A stretch of DNA of 64,000 nucleotides from the NCBI RefSeq assembly GCF_009914755.1, contig NC_060933.1, one strand, 5' to 3'. This DNA is from the human T2T-CHM13v2.0 reference genome, Homo sapiens. The notes beneath the pieces are model-generated. The model had not been told where the DNA came from and made no database searches. It worked only from the letters and a program-made list of their open reading frames with translations. The translations under genes were made by a program, and so were the position numbers. How positions within the stretch are numbered: position 1 is the first letter of the stretch; each line of letters opens with the position of its first letter. This document shows positions 26,711 to 41,113 of the stretch, in pieces.

Positions 26711-27013
26711 GGATGGTCACAGTGGTTCCATGGGTACAATCCCAGCACTTTAGGAGACAGGCAGGAGATTCACTTAAGGCCAGGTATTCCAGACCAGCCT
26801 GGGCAACATACTGAGACCCCATTTCTACAAAAAAATTAAAAGTTAGCCAAAAATAGTGCCTCATATCTATAGCCCTAGCTTCTCAGGAAGCTGAGGCAGG
26901 ATAATTGCTTGAGCCCACAAATTTGATGCTGCAGTGAGCTATGATTGAACCACTGTACTCCAGCCTGGGTGAGAGAACAAGACCTTGTCTCAAAAAACAA
27001 ACAAATAAAAAAA
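26711..27013 (+). mobile_element. AluJ (Jo/Jr-like)
   Basis: gcctgggcaacata, gcttgagccc, gtgagctatgattg diagnostics. TSD aa(t/c)aga(a/c)atttca. Confidence 0.93.
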
Positions 27014-28439
27014 AACAGACATTTCAACAAAAAGATGTACATCGACCAATTAGCATGGAAAAAGACACTCAGCATCATAATTAGGAGAATGCAGATTAAA
27101 ACAAAAATGTCATACTACATAACACCCACTAGAATGGTTCTAAAAAAAAAAGACGGACACCAATACATGTACATCCTTATACATTACAGGAGGGAAAGTA
27201 AAATGGTATAGTGGCTTTGTAAAATGGTTTTTAAAACTTAAATGTAAATGTAAAGCATGACTCAGCAATACCACTTACAGGAATCTGCCCAAGAGAAATG
27301 AAAATACATGCCCACACAAAGACTTCTATGTGATGTTTATAGCAGCCCAATCCATAATACACCAAAACTGAAAACAAACACCTATCAACCAGCAAGTGAA
27401 GAGGAAGATATGGTACATCCATACAGTGGAATAACAATTCAATGATAAAAAGAAGCAAAGTACTGATACCTGCCACACAGATGACCCTCAACAAAATTAT
27501 ACTATTAAAAATAATCCAGGCACAAAAAAACCCTCTCACATATTTTATGATTGAATGTATATGAATTGTGCATTAAAAAATCTGAAAGTAGATTGGTGGT
27601 TGCCTGCAACTGAAGTTGGCTATACGAAGTACTTGGGAAAGAAACAAGGGATGTTTTTGGAATGATGAAAATATTTTAAAATTGGGTTGTTGTGATGGTT
27701 ATACAACCCTATATTTTTACTAAAAACTGTATTGTATGCCTAAGACAAGTACATTTTATATGATGTAAATTATGTTTGAGTAAATCTGTTTAAACAAAAT
27801 GAAGCTTGCAGAGGCCTCTTCCTCTTTCACTGTTGTTACCATAGTTACTTGCTGGTATCAGGTCCTCTGAATTTTCCAGTGAGTACTCATTCGCATCTTC
27901 TGTGTTCCTGTGCTCTTGAATTGTTGAAGTTCCTCTTTCTCCACCCTACCACCTATGCACTGCTGGTAGACCTGGATTCTTTCCTTGTGGTGCCTAGATT
28001 TCTATGTTGCTTTATTTCGCACCCTCCTTTCATCGTTCCTGGAGAATCCTTGTCATGTCGCTTCATAAACGGTGTTCTACATGAAATATTTATTTTCCTA
28101 TCCTAGATACCCTGCTTGTTTTTCTTAGGGGATTTGAAGAGAGGACTAATTTAAAGCTGCACTGCTATTATTATCCTTCCCCATAAGGGAGTCTGAATTA
28201 CTTTAAGTCATAAGGGAAAAATTATGCCAACAACCAGAGTCAACATACCTGTTAGGGTTCATGATGCCAGACAGGCCTGTAGTACAGAGATGCACAGTGT
28301 TGTTATGGATGTCAAGTGAAGGAATCAGAAAATAGTTACACAGATATTAATGACAAAGTTCCACAGTTCCTTTACAGATAAACAGACATGCTTGCATGTC
28401 TGTACATTATCACTGTAGAAGCCTTCATACCAACTGAAT

Positions 28440-28690
28440 AATTCCTACCCATTTTTAAGGCCTAATATAGAATCTACCTTTGTGTCCAGAAAAACCTTCT
28501 CTGATCCACAAAATGTGAGTTAGCTAGGCCTATATTTACAGTCTTCCTTTTTAAAATTATCAAATTTATTGTAAGTTGCTGTTTACTTATCTCTTTCTTC
28601 CACTAAAGTGTAAGTGATAAGAAGCCAGTGGCTATGTTAATCTTATTTATCTTTTTAAACCTAGCAGCTCAACATATGTTTATTGAATTA
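28440..28690 (+). mobile_element. L2 3' fragment
   Basis: aaaccttctctgatcc...tctttcttccactaaagtgtaag...cctagcagctcaacatatgtttattgaat. Confidence 0.5.
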
Positions 28691-30999
28691 CTTAACCATC
28701 TAATTATTTCTTTATTACTGAGTCTCAATATATGTAAATCTCATATGTCTTCATTTTAATTATATTCTGTATGGTTATTTTTGCCTTTAACATTTTGTGG
28801 CTCTATTTTTTGCTTTATAATTTTATATAAACTTCTGGTTTGTATTTTCAACTTATTATTTTCTATATTTTCTTCATTCTTTGAATGTCCATAGCATTTT
28901 GACTGTATCTCTCTTTTAATATTTATTTTATTCCTTCTTGTATAATTGTTGTCTGTTTCTCTCATGCTAGCTACTAAATTTTAAACCATCTGTGGAAACA
29001 ATTGGGACTTTCTAACTCTAGCCTCCTTGCTATATTTTACATAAAAATAGGGTACCATCTGCAACTGATTGATTTAGAATGATTTAGGCTTATTGATGAT
29101 ATAACATGTGCTAAGCTTGTGCTAAACATGCAGGCACAGTGTAGATATGCTATCGATTGCTTGATCTATATTACAAAATATGAGGAAACCACTGGGTAAC
29201 AGTTTAAAGTCTTGACTTTTTCCAATTATAGAAATCAGAAAACCTATTATGAAATAAATCTTCTGATTTATCATGTCCATTTATTTTTAACTCAATAATC
29301 TTTTATCTGAGTTCTATGCCTTGGAAAAGCAGAGTAAGACTTTAAGATAATAAGAGTAAACTATTTAATTATTAGGCAAAAAAAACCCAAAATAAAACCA
29401 TTCACCATTTCTCTCTAATATGAATAAATCCACTCAAAGGTATGCTTTTTACTCCCTAAGAAACTACCCAGAGATACATAAATGCATCCACTGATGCTCA
29501 CTTAAAAATCACTTACTAAATACTGTGTAATACATTAAACCTCTTTACATATTTTATCTTAGGGCCTCAAGTTTATATCAGTCAAGTTTTTTCATCTAGT
29601 AAATATATATACCCTCACTGAAATTTTCTTGCCATATTTAATGTGTGGTAGGACTATTTCATTGCTTACTTTAGCCTAATTGTGCATTGTATCTTCCAAG
29701 CTTTACTGATACTCCTTAGATGAATAATAAGATGCTCTACTTGCATACTTGGAAAGTATTGGTCATTAATTTTATAATTATTTTTTTCTAGTCAGAACAA
29801 AACAAGAAAATTTCTCCCAATTCAGTTTATATAGATGTTACAAAACTCATTCCAAAATTTGACAGTAATAGGAAAAAATAAAAATGTATAGTCCTGTATT
29901 ATTTATAAAATAGATGCAAGAATCCTAAATTGAACGCAACAAATACAATTCAGGAATGTATTAATTAACTACTAAATCAAAATACTTAACAGGGACTTAT
30001 TCCGGAAAAAATACAAATAACTAAACCTTAAGAAAAATACACACATAACGTATACACATGAGGTTTATTCACATGCATATATCTGTAAGTTGTTTATTAA
30101 TTCTCATATATTGACAATAAAGTTAACCTGAAAGCATATAATACAGTAGCATAGGTGGAAAAAGTTGAGAAAAACATTAACTAAAATAGTATATCCTTCA
30201 AATACATCTTAAAATACAGACAGATAACTTAGAAAATGACTTATTCTATACCTTGAAGAGACTATGTGAAAATGTCTTACAAAGTATTCTGAAAACTACT
30301 AATAGCCAAGTATAAAAATTGACAATGGCAATGAACTGAATATTTATAAAAAAATTAAAATAAAATAATACCATGCTAAAATTTACACTGTGTAGGATTA
30401 AAGACATTCTAAATAATGTTATCATTGTTATTCCATACTGGGAAAGTGATAATTCAATCAAATCTTTCAGCCTGACTCATTTTCAGTTATTGGCTTAAAG
30501 ATGTTTCACCCACAGATGAAATTTTCCTTAAAGTTTATATTTAATGAGTACCTTGAACCAGAGAAAATAGTTGAGTCAATAAAACATTAATATGTGAATT
30601 TTAGTTCTAAATATGGGATTTTAAGAAGAGAAAATAAACCAAGTGGAAATTATCACAGTCTTGGCAATTGAAAACGAGAGAGATGGAATATAGGTAGCAA
30701 GCCCTCGATTATTAGAATAAAGCAAAAAGGGGACTATAAGAATGCTGAGCCCTTCCCAGATGCTGATCTCACCCTTCCACCTGGGAAAGAGGTGGTCAGA
30801 CAGCCCAGACAGCTCCTCATAGTCCCAGGACAGCCATTAGCATCATTCATGCATGCTACTAGCCACATCTCTTTGATAGGATGCACCAGATAGGATGCAC
30901 ATCAACTAACTTCTGAATATAGTTCTGAAAAACTAACTTCTGAAAAACAGTGACTTGAATTGCTTTCTGTTTTGTCTGCTGCAACTCAGCTATTTTTCA

Positions 31000-31278
31000 C
31001 TTTTTTTTTTTTTTGAGACAGGGTCTCACTCTGCTGCCCAGGCTGAAGGACGAAGTGCAGTGGCGTGATCATAGCTAACTGCAGCCTCAAATGTCTGGGC
31101 TCAAGTGATGCTCCTGTCTCATCCTCCCAAGTAGCTGAGACTACAGGCACATGTCACCACACCCAGCTATTGTTTTAATTATTATTTTATTTTTTGTAGA
31201 GATGGGGGTCTCACTTTGTTGCCCAGGCTTGTCTGGAACTCCTGGCCTCAAGCAATCCTCCCACCTTAGCCTTCCAAG
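31000..31278 (-). mobile_element. AluJ, slightly 5'-truncated
   Basis: Poly-T, then gagacagggtctcactctg...gtgatcatagct...gaactcctggcctcaagcaatcctcccacc. Confidence 0.93.
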
Positions 31279-31424
31279 CTATTTGTAATGTGGAAGCAAA
31301 TGTGTTTCTATGAGATTGGCCAGCTCTAGCTAAGTGACTTCTTTAGAATTCTATGTCAGGAATGCTAATGTGGGTCTGTAAGAAAACTAGAAATAATAGT
31401 GGATGTTATAAAGTTTGCAAACCC

Positions 31425-31572
31425 TCTCTTTCTCTTCCTCTGCCTTTTCCTCTTCCTTCTCCCCTCTCTCTTTTCTTCTCCCTCTCCCACCTCTCCTCTA
31501 TCTGATACACACCCACACCCACACACACACACCACAGGCACACAGGCACATGTGCACACACACGCACACACC
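31425..31572. repeat. CT-rich tract followed by imperfect (CA)n
   Basis: Seen directly. Confidence 0.85.
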
Positions 31573-33394
31573 AGCTAATGAAGAAAGCAGAAAGTGAGCA
31601 GGGAGAGAGCCAAAGGCCTTATTATCTGCAAATATGCTCACATGGGAGAAAGAATATTAAATTAAAACAAGTTCAGAGTTTGCATTATTATATTGATCTG
31701 GACATTGTATTCACAGAATTGGCGTTTTGTTTTCTCACTTTAAAGTGATTGCAGTCATGATCTGTTACCCTAAAAGGAACAGAAATCATAGTAAGCTAAA
31801 ATAGTAATCCAAGGAAAGGGGAAGATTTTCTTCACTCTAAAATTGTAAGGGATAATGAGAGATTAAAATATATTTCATATTTTGAGCACAATAAACACTC
31901 CATTACATCTTTTAAGGAGATAAGCCTATGGGTTAGTGCTGCAATTCTCCAGTATTTCCTGTGCCTGGATGGGCTAATTTTATCCTGAAATTTGATATTG
32001 AAACAAAGCCATGCTTCAAATCTAAGTCATGCCCTACAGCCTAGGTTAGCAGTGAGAGAGCTGAAATAATTTTCTTATGCTATTTACCTTTTTGCCATAC
32101 TTGAAAGCAAATGGATACTACTTTATTAAGCTTCCTGGATTGCAACAAATATTCATTTATTCATCTGTTTGTTTTTTAACAGTTTAATATCCAGTTTGTA
32201 TATGCTCACTATCAGGAGAAATTTGGTGCTGAACATATTTTCAGCAAGGAGAAATTTGCCTTACCATTTAACTCTATAAAATAATGGCAATCATATAAAA
32301 TAATGATGGTGATGTATCCCATGATAATCTTATTAAAATCAATTTTCCTTTTCTATTTATTTTATAGCATTTATGGCCACCTACTTATACACCTACATGC
32401 ATACACATATACATGTGTGCATGTGTAACATGCATGTATGCTACATATCTGTGTGTATATGCATATATATGCCCATTTCTTGCCCATTTTGCTAATGTAA
32501 TCTTCATGAAAGTAGTAATTGTTTAGTTTGTTCAGCACTGTAATATCCACCACTAGATCATGTTGAGAATCATGGTAGTAACTCTGTACATATGCAAGTA
32601 ATAAATATGATACATATATATTTTATATATTTATATTCAAGCCATTACAGTTGATCCAAAAATAAAATGAAACTTATGTACTTAACCCAGGAGAATCAAA
32701 GCTTTTAACCTTAGCAGTTAGCATCTTATGCATTTCCATGCATTGTCAACCTCTAACTTCTTTAATAACTAGAATTTATTTATTGGATTAAAAATAACCA
32801 CCATAATTTGAAGTTTAAAAAGTGAAACAAAGTTCATTTAACTTACTTATTATTGTCACTTTTAAGGTGACAACACCTTATTTCATGTTATCTCAAGAGT
32901 GAAACTGTTTTTCACTACACTTCTAGCATGGCTACACCTAATTCAGGGTAATCTCCTAATAGTCACTAATGTCAAATTTGCACAGGAAGCTGGCAAAAAG
33001 CAATTCTCTTCAGAGTAAAAGTTCACTTCCATAAATGCTACAGGTAATATATTTAATCAATATTTTTAATTTAAACAAATTTGCTCTGACAAAGGTTTGG
33101 CATTAGCCATTTCACGAACATTTAACCAGTCCTCAAACAAATCTAAAAAGAAATCAGTGTTGACATATAGCTCTTTCTTATCACATCTACTTGTTTTGCT
33201 TTAATTGGCCTCAGTCTCTAAATCAATTTGAGTCCAAAGCAGTTTTTAAATAAGCGTTTACACTGATTTTATCTTCTCTATTTTCATTTTGCATATTTAA
33301 AAAATATTTTTGTAATATTTAACTCTAATACTTCCTCAAATAAAATGGGCTTGAAATTAATTATGAAGTTAAATTTGTTACATACTCTAAAACT

Positions 33395-34160
33395 AATGGT
33401 GCAGCTACTATGGAAAACTGTATGAAGGTTCCTTAAAAAGTTAACAAGTGAACTGCCACATGATCCAACAATCCCACTTCTGGGTATATATTCAGAAGAA
33501 TTGAATTGATATCTCAAATAGATAGCTGCATTCCCGTATTCATCACAGCATTATTCACAATAGCAAGATATGAAAACAATCCAAACATCTATAGACAGAT
33601 GAACGGATAAAGAAAATTTGGTACATACATACAACAGAATATCATTCAGCCTTTAATAAGAAGGAAATTCTACAGTTTGCTACATGGATGAACCTAGAAG
33701 ATATTAACCGGCTAAGTAAAATAAGCCAGTCTCAGAAGACAAATACTGTGTGATTGTACTTATCTGAGGTATCTAAAATAGTCAAAGTCATAGAAGTACT
33801 GAATAGAACGCCAGGGTGGGGAAAATGGGGAATTGTTCAATAGTTATAAAGTTTCAGTTATGCAAGATAAATAAATTTTAGAGATCCTCTGTACGACATA
33901 GTCCTTATTATTAACAACATGGTATTTTCTACTTAAAAATTTGTTAAGAAGGTAAATCACATGTCAACATTTTTACTCCCCACTTAAAAGGGAGTGAGAC
34001 ACAAGGAAACTTTTGAAGGTGATGGATATATTTATTACCTCAACTGTGGTGATAGTATCAAGAGTATATACATATGCTCAAACTCATCAAATTGTATATA
34101 ATAAACATGAGCAGGGTTTTTTAAAATATCAATTATACTTCAATAAAGCTGTCAAAAAAG
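33395..34160 (+). mobile_element. L1MB (MB1/MB2-like) 3' end
   Basis: aatggtgcagctactatggaaaac...cacaaggaaacttttgaaggtgatggatat...caattatacttcaataaagctg. Confidence 0.85.
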
Positions 34161-34989
34161 TGAAGGGTCTCTATAACATAAAAAATACAGCTCTAAAGAA
34201 AACTATACAATGGGCAGTTGGACAAATGCTATTATGAATTTTTGGATCTCTACACAAATATATTGAAGGCTTTCTTCAAAAATCACAAAGCAATGATATC
34301 ACGCCCACTTTGATATTGATGAAAGATGTCACATGCCAAGAGGAATTTAACTACTTTGAAACTGAGTCTAGCCTTCCCTTGTGCTATATAAACACACTTA
34401 AGGGAAGACATTAATAATATTTTATTATTTTTAACAATCTTCAAGTAAATAAAGCTTATTTCCAGAATGAGTCAAATGATGACATCTGTTTATAACAAAA
34501 GTATAATTTTCAGGTTGAATTTAAAGACAAATCCAAATGAGCACTTTCACAAATCCCTAATTCTTTCATGATGATATAAATCATTGTGTTTTACTTGTTT
34601 ATTTTTTAAAGAGCACAACGTAGCAAGAATATGTAGAAGTACAAGCAATATTCATATAGTTTTTTGAAATTCATTAAATGGGGGAATCATTTTACTGTAC
34701 GAGGAAGTAAACAAAACAAAGAAATACATTCTACCATCATGATCTATTGATAACTATCCTTACATCATTGAACTACTTTGACTCTTCAGAGAAGTTCAGG
34801 TCATAAGAGGCTAATTACATCACTAATTGGAGGACCATTTTGTAAGACTTAAAAATAATTTACAACATTATATAAGTTTAAATAGTAATTGATTCCTGCT
34901 AATCATAGAAAATTATGAAAAACAAACTAATACTAGAACATACGCCAAATATTCAGAGTTGTTAGGAACATAGATTCTAATACCTTATT

Positions 34990-35145
34990 ACTTGGATGAG
35001 AATTCCAGATAAGCCTAGCTATGTGCCTTTTATTAAACTTATTTACCTGTGATTTAGTTTATTTTTATATAAAAAGTGGGTAGTAAAACATACCGCATAG
35101 GACTGTGAGAATAAAATTAGATAATAAAGGTAAAATGTCAGCTTA
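34990..35145 (+). mobile_element. MIR fragment
   Basis: ctagctatgtgcctt...aaacataccgcataggactgtgagaataaaattagataat. Confidence 0.5.
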
Positions 35146-36460
35146 CATACACACAAACACAAATACACAGCTGTGTCATTTGATAAAATATACATAATGT
35201 TCTTTTTCCCTCAAAAATAAAACTCAACTGTATACTTTACTCAACATTGATTTATTTTTCATTTTAACATATTATGACTTCCTTATCACCATGCTAACTT
35301 GTCTCATAGGAAGCACTTTCTTATTTCAAAATTCTATGGATATTTTAATTCCAACTTTATGTCATTATAGAAAATGCAAAACTACATGTGACAAAAAATT
35401 GATCAGTGGTTACCATGGGCAGGAGGAAAGGCTGACTACTAAGGGGCATTGGATAAATTTTGCAGAAGTGGCACTGTTATATAATATGTTTGTGGTGATA
35501 GATACTCAACTTTTGTCTACGTAAAGAAACATACAACTTCAGAAGTTGTATATTTAGATCACTATTGTACTCTTAAATAACTATTGGATTTTTAAATTTG
35601 TCTTCATAATTTTTATATTTTCATATCTTTCTACAATTACTTGTATTACTTTAAAAATCAGGAGAAAACAATATTCTCTTGTTCTCTCAACTTTGCCTTT
35701 AGGGCTTAATAGGCAAAAAAAGAAAATAATTGTCCAATACTTACCTACATATGAAAATGCAGATTCTATTGTTAACACTAAGATAAATCTCTTCAATATT
35801 AGACATTTTAATCTTATAGATCTACATTATCTTGTGTGCAGAATCAAAATCAAAAGCAACCTACAGGGAATTTTGATGAAAGCTTGGATGGAAATTTGAA
35901 AAATATCTACAGAATATAACTAATGTGGCAGTACCAGAGGCAAAGAAGTTACCCTGCTATGAACATTTAGTCTTGCAATTTGCCAGAGAGATCCTGTGGT
36001 AGAGTATAAAGACCATGGAAAGCAGAGGGGTTTTCCTCCAATTCTGGCATTTTTATTAACAAACTGGCCAAGCAATTTTTCTGGACTTCGGTTCCCTACT
36101 ATGTAAAATAAGATATTCAGATGATTTCTAGCTATTCCTCAAAGCTTAACAATGAACAGTGTTGAGATTCTGGTAAAACTAGAAACTCAGATAAATATTT
36201 TACTGAAAATGTGCCCTTAAAGAAAAAACATGGCATTTTCCAAAGACAATAAGACTCTCCTTTTAACTGGATCTGAATTAAAGATGGCACAGGTTTCTAG
36301 AAGTTCCTATGACCTCTGTTGGTGGGAGGTGTTTATTTGGCCTAATTTATTATTTCTCCTGTGAGCCAGTCAATAATTTATTAATGAGATTTTATTCTAT
36401 TTTATTTTTCCAATTTTACTAAAGGAATAAATTAAAAGGAAGCCTAGCTAATGAAGATTA

Positions 36461-36807
36461 CAGAGTCAGTCCTAAGTATCTGCGACAGATTGGTTCCAGG
36501 ACCCCTACAGATACCAAAATCCACTGATGCTCAAGTCCCTGATATAAAATGGTGTAATATTTTTATAGAACCTATATACATCCTCTCTTATACTTTAAAT
36601 CATCTCTATATTACTTCTAATACCTAATACAATGTAAATGTTATGTAAATCATTGTTATACTATATTGTTTATGAAATAACAAGAAAAACGTCTGTATAC
36701 ATTCAATACAGATACAAGCATTCACTTTTTCTTCTAAATATTTTTAATCCATGGTTTGTGGTTTTTTGAATCAGGGATGCAGACCCATGAATATGGAGGG
36801 CTAGCTG
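36461..36807. mobile_element. MER2 (TcMar-Tigger) MITE
   Basis: gattggttccaggacccc...ataccaaaatccactgatgctcaagtccctgatataaaatgg...atggagggctagctg. TA flanks at 36459-60 and 36808-09. Confidence 0.9.
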
Positions 36808-37733
36808 TATTGGATTTGCGAGGATTTTTTTTGAGGGAATTGCGCTTTTGAATAGGTTTCTCTTTCATTTGTCCTTGTATTAGTCAACAGGCTCTTCCAT
36901 TTTATTAAATAATTTGCCCATGTTCTGGGACAAATACAACAGAATACACCAAAGGTAATTATTCACTTTTCACATTATCTCTTGGTTGCCACTTCTGTAG
37001 GGCCGTATACCAAGGTGCTCTTCAGTGGAAAGAGTGCCTCATTTTGTCATGGGCTTCTAGTTGTAGCCATGTGTTGTACATTCTATATTAGTTGTGTCTT
37101 AGGAATTTTTGTGTATTTACCCAAATGTTCAGTTGTATTTCTGGGACACTTGCAAATGAAGGGATATATGCAAATGTTATAGGTCTATGAGTTTATACAG
37201 AATGCACTGTTGTCAAGTGTAAAAGAAGAAACAATAAAACTTTTACTAAGAAAAAAGAAAAACATTTATCAATAGGCTGTTGAAATAGCTGACTTCTATT
37301 AAACTTGGACTTTCTTTATATAAATAGTGTAATCATTTCCCAAAATGTGTTTAAGGAAACTTACTCCTAATAATGTGCTGTATTCTCCATAACATTATCA
37401 GAAAAAAGTAATAACTTGTGCTTTAGGAAATCACGTAAGCAACTTTCACATTTATTTGTGAAGAGGCAAGTTGGTTCAGAAGGGTTAAGGGTCAAACCTT
37501 CAACTAAGTGATGAAATATACTGTTAAACCAAGAAAAAGTTTGGGTTGCCAAAATGCTTTAATTTGTTTATGAAAAGTAACCTAACAAAAGCATCTTCAG
37601 GTATAATTCCTACTATTATCACAATCGTTTTGTTTGATTCTGCTTATGTTTTCTCTGTTTACTTGCTTTTAGATAAAAACTTCTTTGTGAGTTTCTATTT
37701 TTCCGATTTTTGGATGTTTGCATGTTTTGCTTT

Positions 37734-38093
37734 TGTATTAGTCTGTTTTTATGTTGCCATGAAGAAATACCTGAAACTGGGTAATTTATAAAGAAAAGAC
37801 GTTTAATTGACTTACAGTTTCACATGGCTGTGGAGGCCACAGGAAACTTAAAATAATGGTGAAAAATACCTCTTCACAGGATGGCAGGAAAGAGAATGAG
37901 TGCCAGTAGGGGAGATGCCAGATGCTTATAAAACCATCAGATCTCATAAGAACTTACTATTATGAGAACAGAATGGGGGAAACTGTCCCCATGGTTCAGT
38001 TACCTTTCAACGGGGCCTATCTACAACATGTGGGGCTTATGGGAACTACAATTTGAGACGAGATTTGGGTGGGAACACAGCCAAACCATATCA
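37734..38093 (-). mobile_element. THE1 (C/D-like) MaLR LTR
   Basis: tgtattagtc...cacagccaaaccatatca. Perfect 5-bp TSD gcttt. Confidence 0.93.
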
Positions 38094-38609
38094 GCTTTGT
38101 TTGCTGGATTTTATTTTTACTATTTTATCATTATTTTTATTTTTTAAGAGGTGCTATGACTAGAATTGTTTCATTTTTATTTCCAATTTTCATACTATTG
38201 TTTTATCTTCCCATTCTTTTCAGTTTCCAGAAAAGCCAACAAAAATGTATTCTTAGGTATAAGTGTCAAGTTATCTTGTGGGATTTACAGTTAACAAATA
38301 ATAGGCTCAGCTCTGATATGATTCATTTTCTCTTCCTTCCAATACTCAGTACTTTTTAGTTGATCCTCTTGGCCTGCCTAGTAAATTTCTAAATCCTTAG
38401 CCTAAAACTATTTAAACACTTCATAATTGATTTCAATGTATTTGGCCAGACTTATCTAAAATTTACTTTATGAGTCTTATACTCCATCCAAAGTTTTTAA
38501 AGTTAAATTTCTTCAAAATTACTGCTATTCATGACATTATATCTAAACTATCAGTGACTTTAACAGACTTATGAATTCACTCATTTATTTACTCACTCAT
38601 TTAAGAAAT

Positions 38610-38760
38610 ATTTATTTTATTGTGATAAGAATACTTAACATAAGATCTACTCTTTTAACGAATTATAAGTGCACAATACAGTACTGTGAACTATAAGCAC
38701 AATGTGGTAGAGCAGATCTATAGAATTTGTCTTATAAATGAAACTTTCTGTCCAATGAGT
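38610..38760 (-). mobile_element. L1MA9/L1MB 3' fragment
   Basis: gtgataagaatacttaacataagatctactctttt...gcacaatacagtactg...agcagatctatagaa. Confidence 0.65.
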
Positions 38761-38780
38761 ATAAAATATTCATTCAATAC

Positions 38781-39156
38781 TAATATGGTTTAGCTCTGTG
38801 TCCCTTCCCAAATCTCATCTCGAATTGTAATCTCCACATGTTGAGGGAGGGACCTATATCCCCAGGTGTGGAGGAGAGGAAGTTATTAAATCATGGGGGT
38901 GCTTCCCCCATGCTGTTCTCTGATAGTGAGTGAGTTCTCACAAGATGTGATGGTTTTACAAGTGTCTGGCATTACCCCTGCTTGCACTTGTCTCTCCTGC
39001 CACCATGTGAAAAGGATTCTTGCTTTCCCTTTGCCTTCAGCCATGATTGTAAGTTTCCTGAGGCTTCCCCAGCCATGTGAAACTGACACTCAATTAAAGC
39101 TCTTTCTTTTATAAATTACCCAGTCTCAGGTATTTTTTCATAGCAATATGAACAGG
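38781..39156 (+). mobile_element. THE1D-like MaLR LTR
   Basis: atatggtttagctctgtgtccc...caaatctcatctcgaattgtaatc...ataaattacccagtctcaggta. The 3' terminus is degenerate. Confidence 0.9.
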
Positions 39157-39637
39157 TATTTGTTAGAAAATCAAATGGACATAACCACTGGTATTTTTTC
39201 TTCCAACTCAGAATGTTGTGTAAGAGAAAAGCTTTGTGTGGTAAGATTACTGGCAATTGAAAAAAAAAAATTTGTAATAGTTGAACAAGTCCATAAAAAA
39301 TATCAGGCACAAGGGAGCATTTTCATGAGAGTATAGCACAATTTACAATAACGTACAAACTTAACAGAATATGTATTTGCCTCAACTTTAAGACAGTGTC
39401 TTGAGGTATATTTAATTTGTCTGTCAAAACTGAGGCATATTCACCTTGTCAATTCAAAATAATAAAAATAAAATCTATGGACAATGAAATAGATGTTCAT
39501 GAATTCAAATTATTTTGAAATATTTTATTTTGCTACTTAGAAGAGAGGCTAAAAACTAAAACAGTGCTTTTGCAAGATGAAATTATTATTCCATAACCAT
39601 TGACTTTATTTAATGATCTTAAATGGATTACATATGA

Positions 39638-40008
39638 TTATATGGTTTGGCTCTGTGTCCCTACCCAAATCTCATGTTGAGTTATGATGCTCAGTGTTGG
39701 AGGAGGGGCCTGGTGGGAGGTGATTGAATCATGGGAGCAAACTTCCCCCTTGCTGTTCTCGTGATAGTGAGGGACTGGTTGTTTAAAAGTGTGTAGCACC
39801 TCCCCCTTCACTCTTTCTCTCCTGCCAGCAATGTGAAGATGTGCCTACTTTCCCTTTGCTTTCTGCCATGATTATAAGTTTCCTGAGGCCTCCCCAGAAG
39901 CAGAAGCCTTTGCAGCTCACAGAACTGTGAGCTGATTAAACCTCTTCTATTTATAAATTATTCAGTCTCAGGTATGTCTTTATAGCCATGTGAAAACTGA
40001 CTATTACA
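39638..40008 (+). mobile_element. MSTA-like MaLR LTR
   Basis: tatggtttggctctgtgtcc...gactattaca. Perfect TSD tatga (39633-37, 40009-13). Confidence 0.92.
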
Positions 40009-40777
40009 TATGATGTGGGACATGATGCCATTTTCCTTCAGCACACAATCAGATAAACATGTCACTCCATTGCAACAAGTTCCTAGTTTTTCAAGCCATG
40101 TGCTTGCCAATAAATCTCTTTGGGAGACTTTATCAGGTTTGATCAGTACCACTAGGGTGAATAATACCTTAATCATGCCTATTGGAGGTGTTTAACACAA
40201 TGTTTGGCATCCTCAGAATGTGAAATGTTCAACTACTATCAAAACTTTAATTAACTGAATAACCCTGAAAATGTGTGCAATTTTCAGGTATCTGCAATAT
40301 TTGTCCATACATTATAAATTTTATGTATCAAGGTATAATTTATTGCTTTCCAAACTAGTATGAATGTACCAAATACTTTCCCTACAATCCTGGAATTTTA
40401 TACTGCATTAAATGGACGAGGAATGTTCATGTAATGAATACAGAAATAAAATAAGAAACTCCAAGCTATCCTCTATAATTTTTAAATACGTTTACAATGT
40501 ACAAACTTTGATGGGCTTAAGTTCTAGAAAGTGTTGAAATTTTTTAAGAGAAATTGAAATCTCACTTTCTGAAAAATATTACCAGAAGGAAATTTAGATG
40601 TGTATTATTAATTTGGCAAAATGTTTGAGCATTTTAAATAAGGCAAATATTTCTATTCTATGGTCTGCAATCACTCTTACAGCTACCACTAAAACACCTT
40701 GAATTATTTTAGTCAAGTAACCAACATGGAAGGAGAGAATGGAAGAGAACAACTGGATGAGAATTTAAAATATGTGA

Positions 40778-41113
<336 letters not shown>

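Larger units (their letters stand above)
24480..27797 (+). mobile_element. Old L1M (MB/MC-like) ORF2-to-3' UTR relic, interrupted by a repair scar, LTR2B-like LTR, L1PA and AluJ
   Basis: Colinear ORF2 remnants (gaacagaattgagaatccagaaataaac; atgactcagcaataccactt; cccaagagaaatgaaaatacatgcccacacaaagact) and 3' UTR to ~27797. Confidence 0.8.

Noticed and set aside
26354-26839. 161-aa ORF
   Set aside because: It is a chimera of antisense L1PA 3' UTR, L1M and AluJ, with a non-ATG start and no gene context.
30450-30460. DUX4-type motif TAATTCAATCA (and TGATTGAATCA in MSTA at 39721-39731)
   Set aside because: A single degenerate AT-rich 11-mer is expected by chance in 64 kb of AT-rich DNA, or is a generic MaLR feature. 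There is no locus-specific support.
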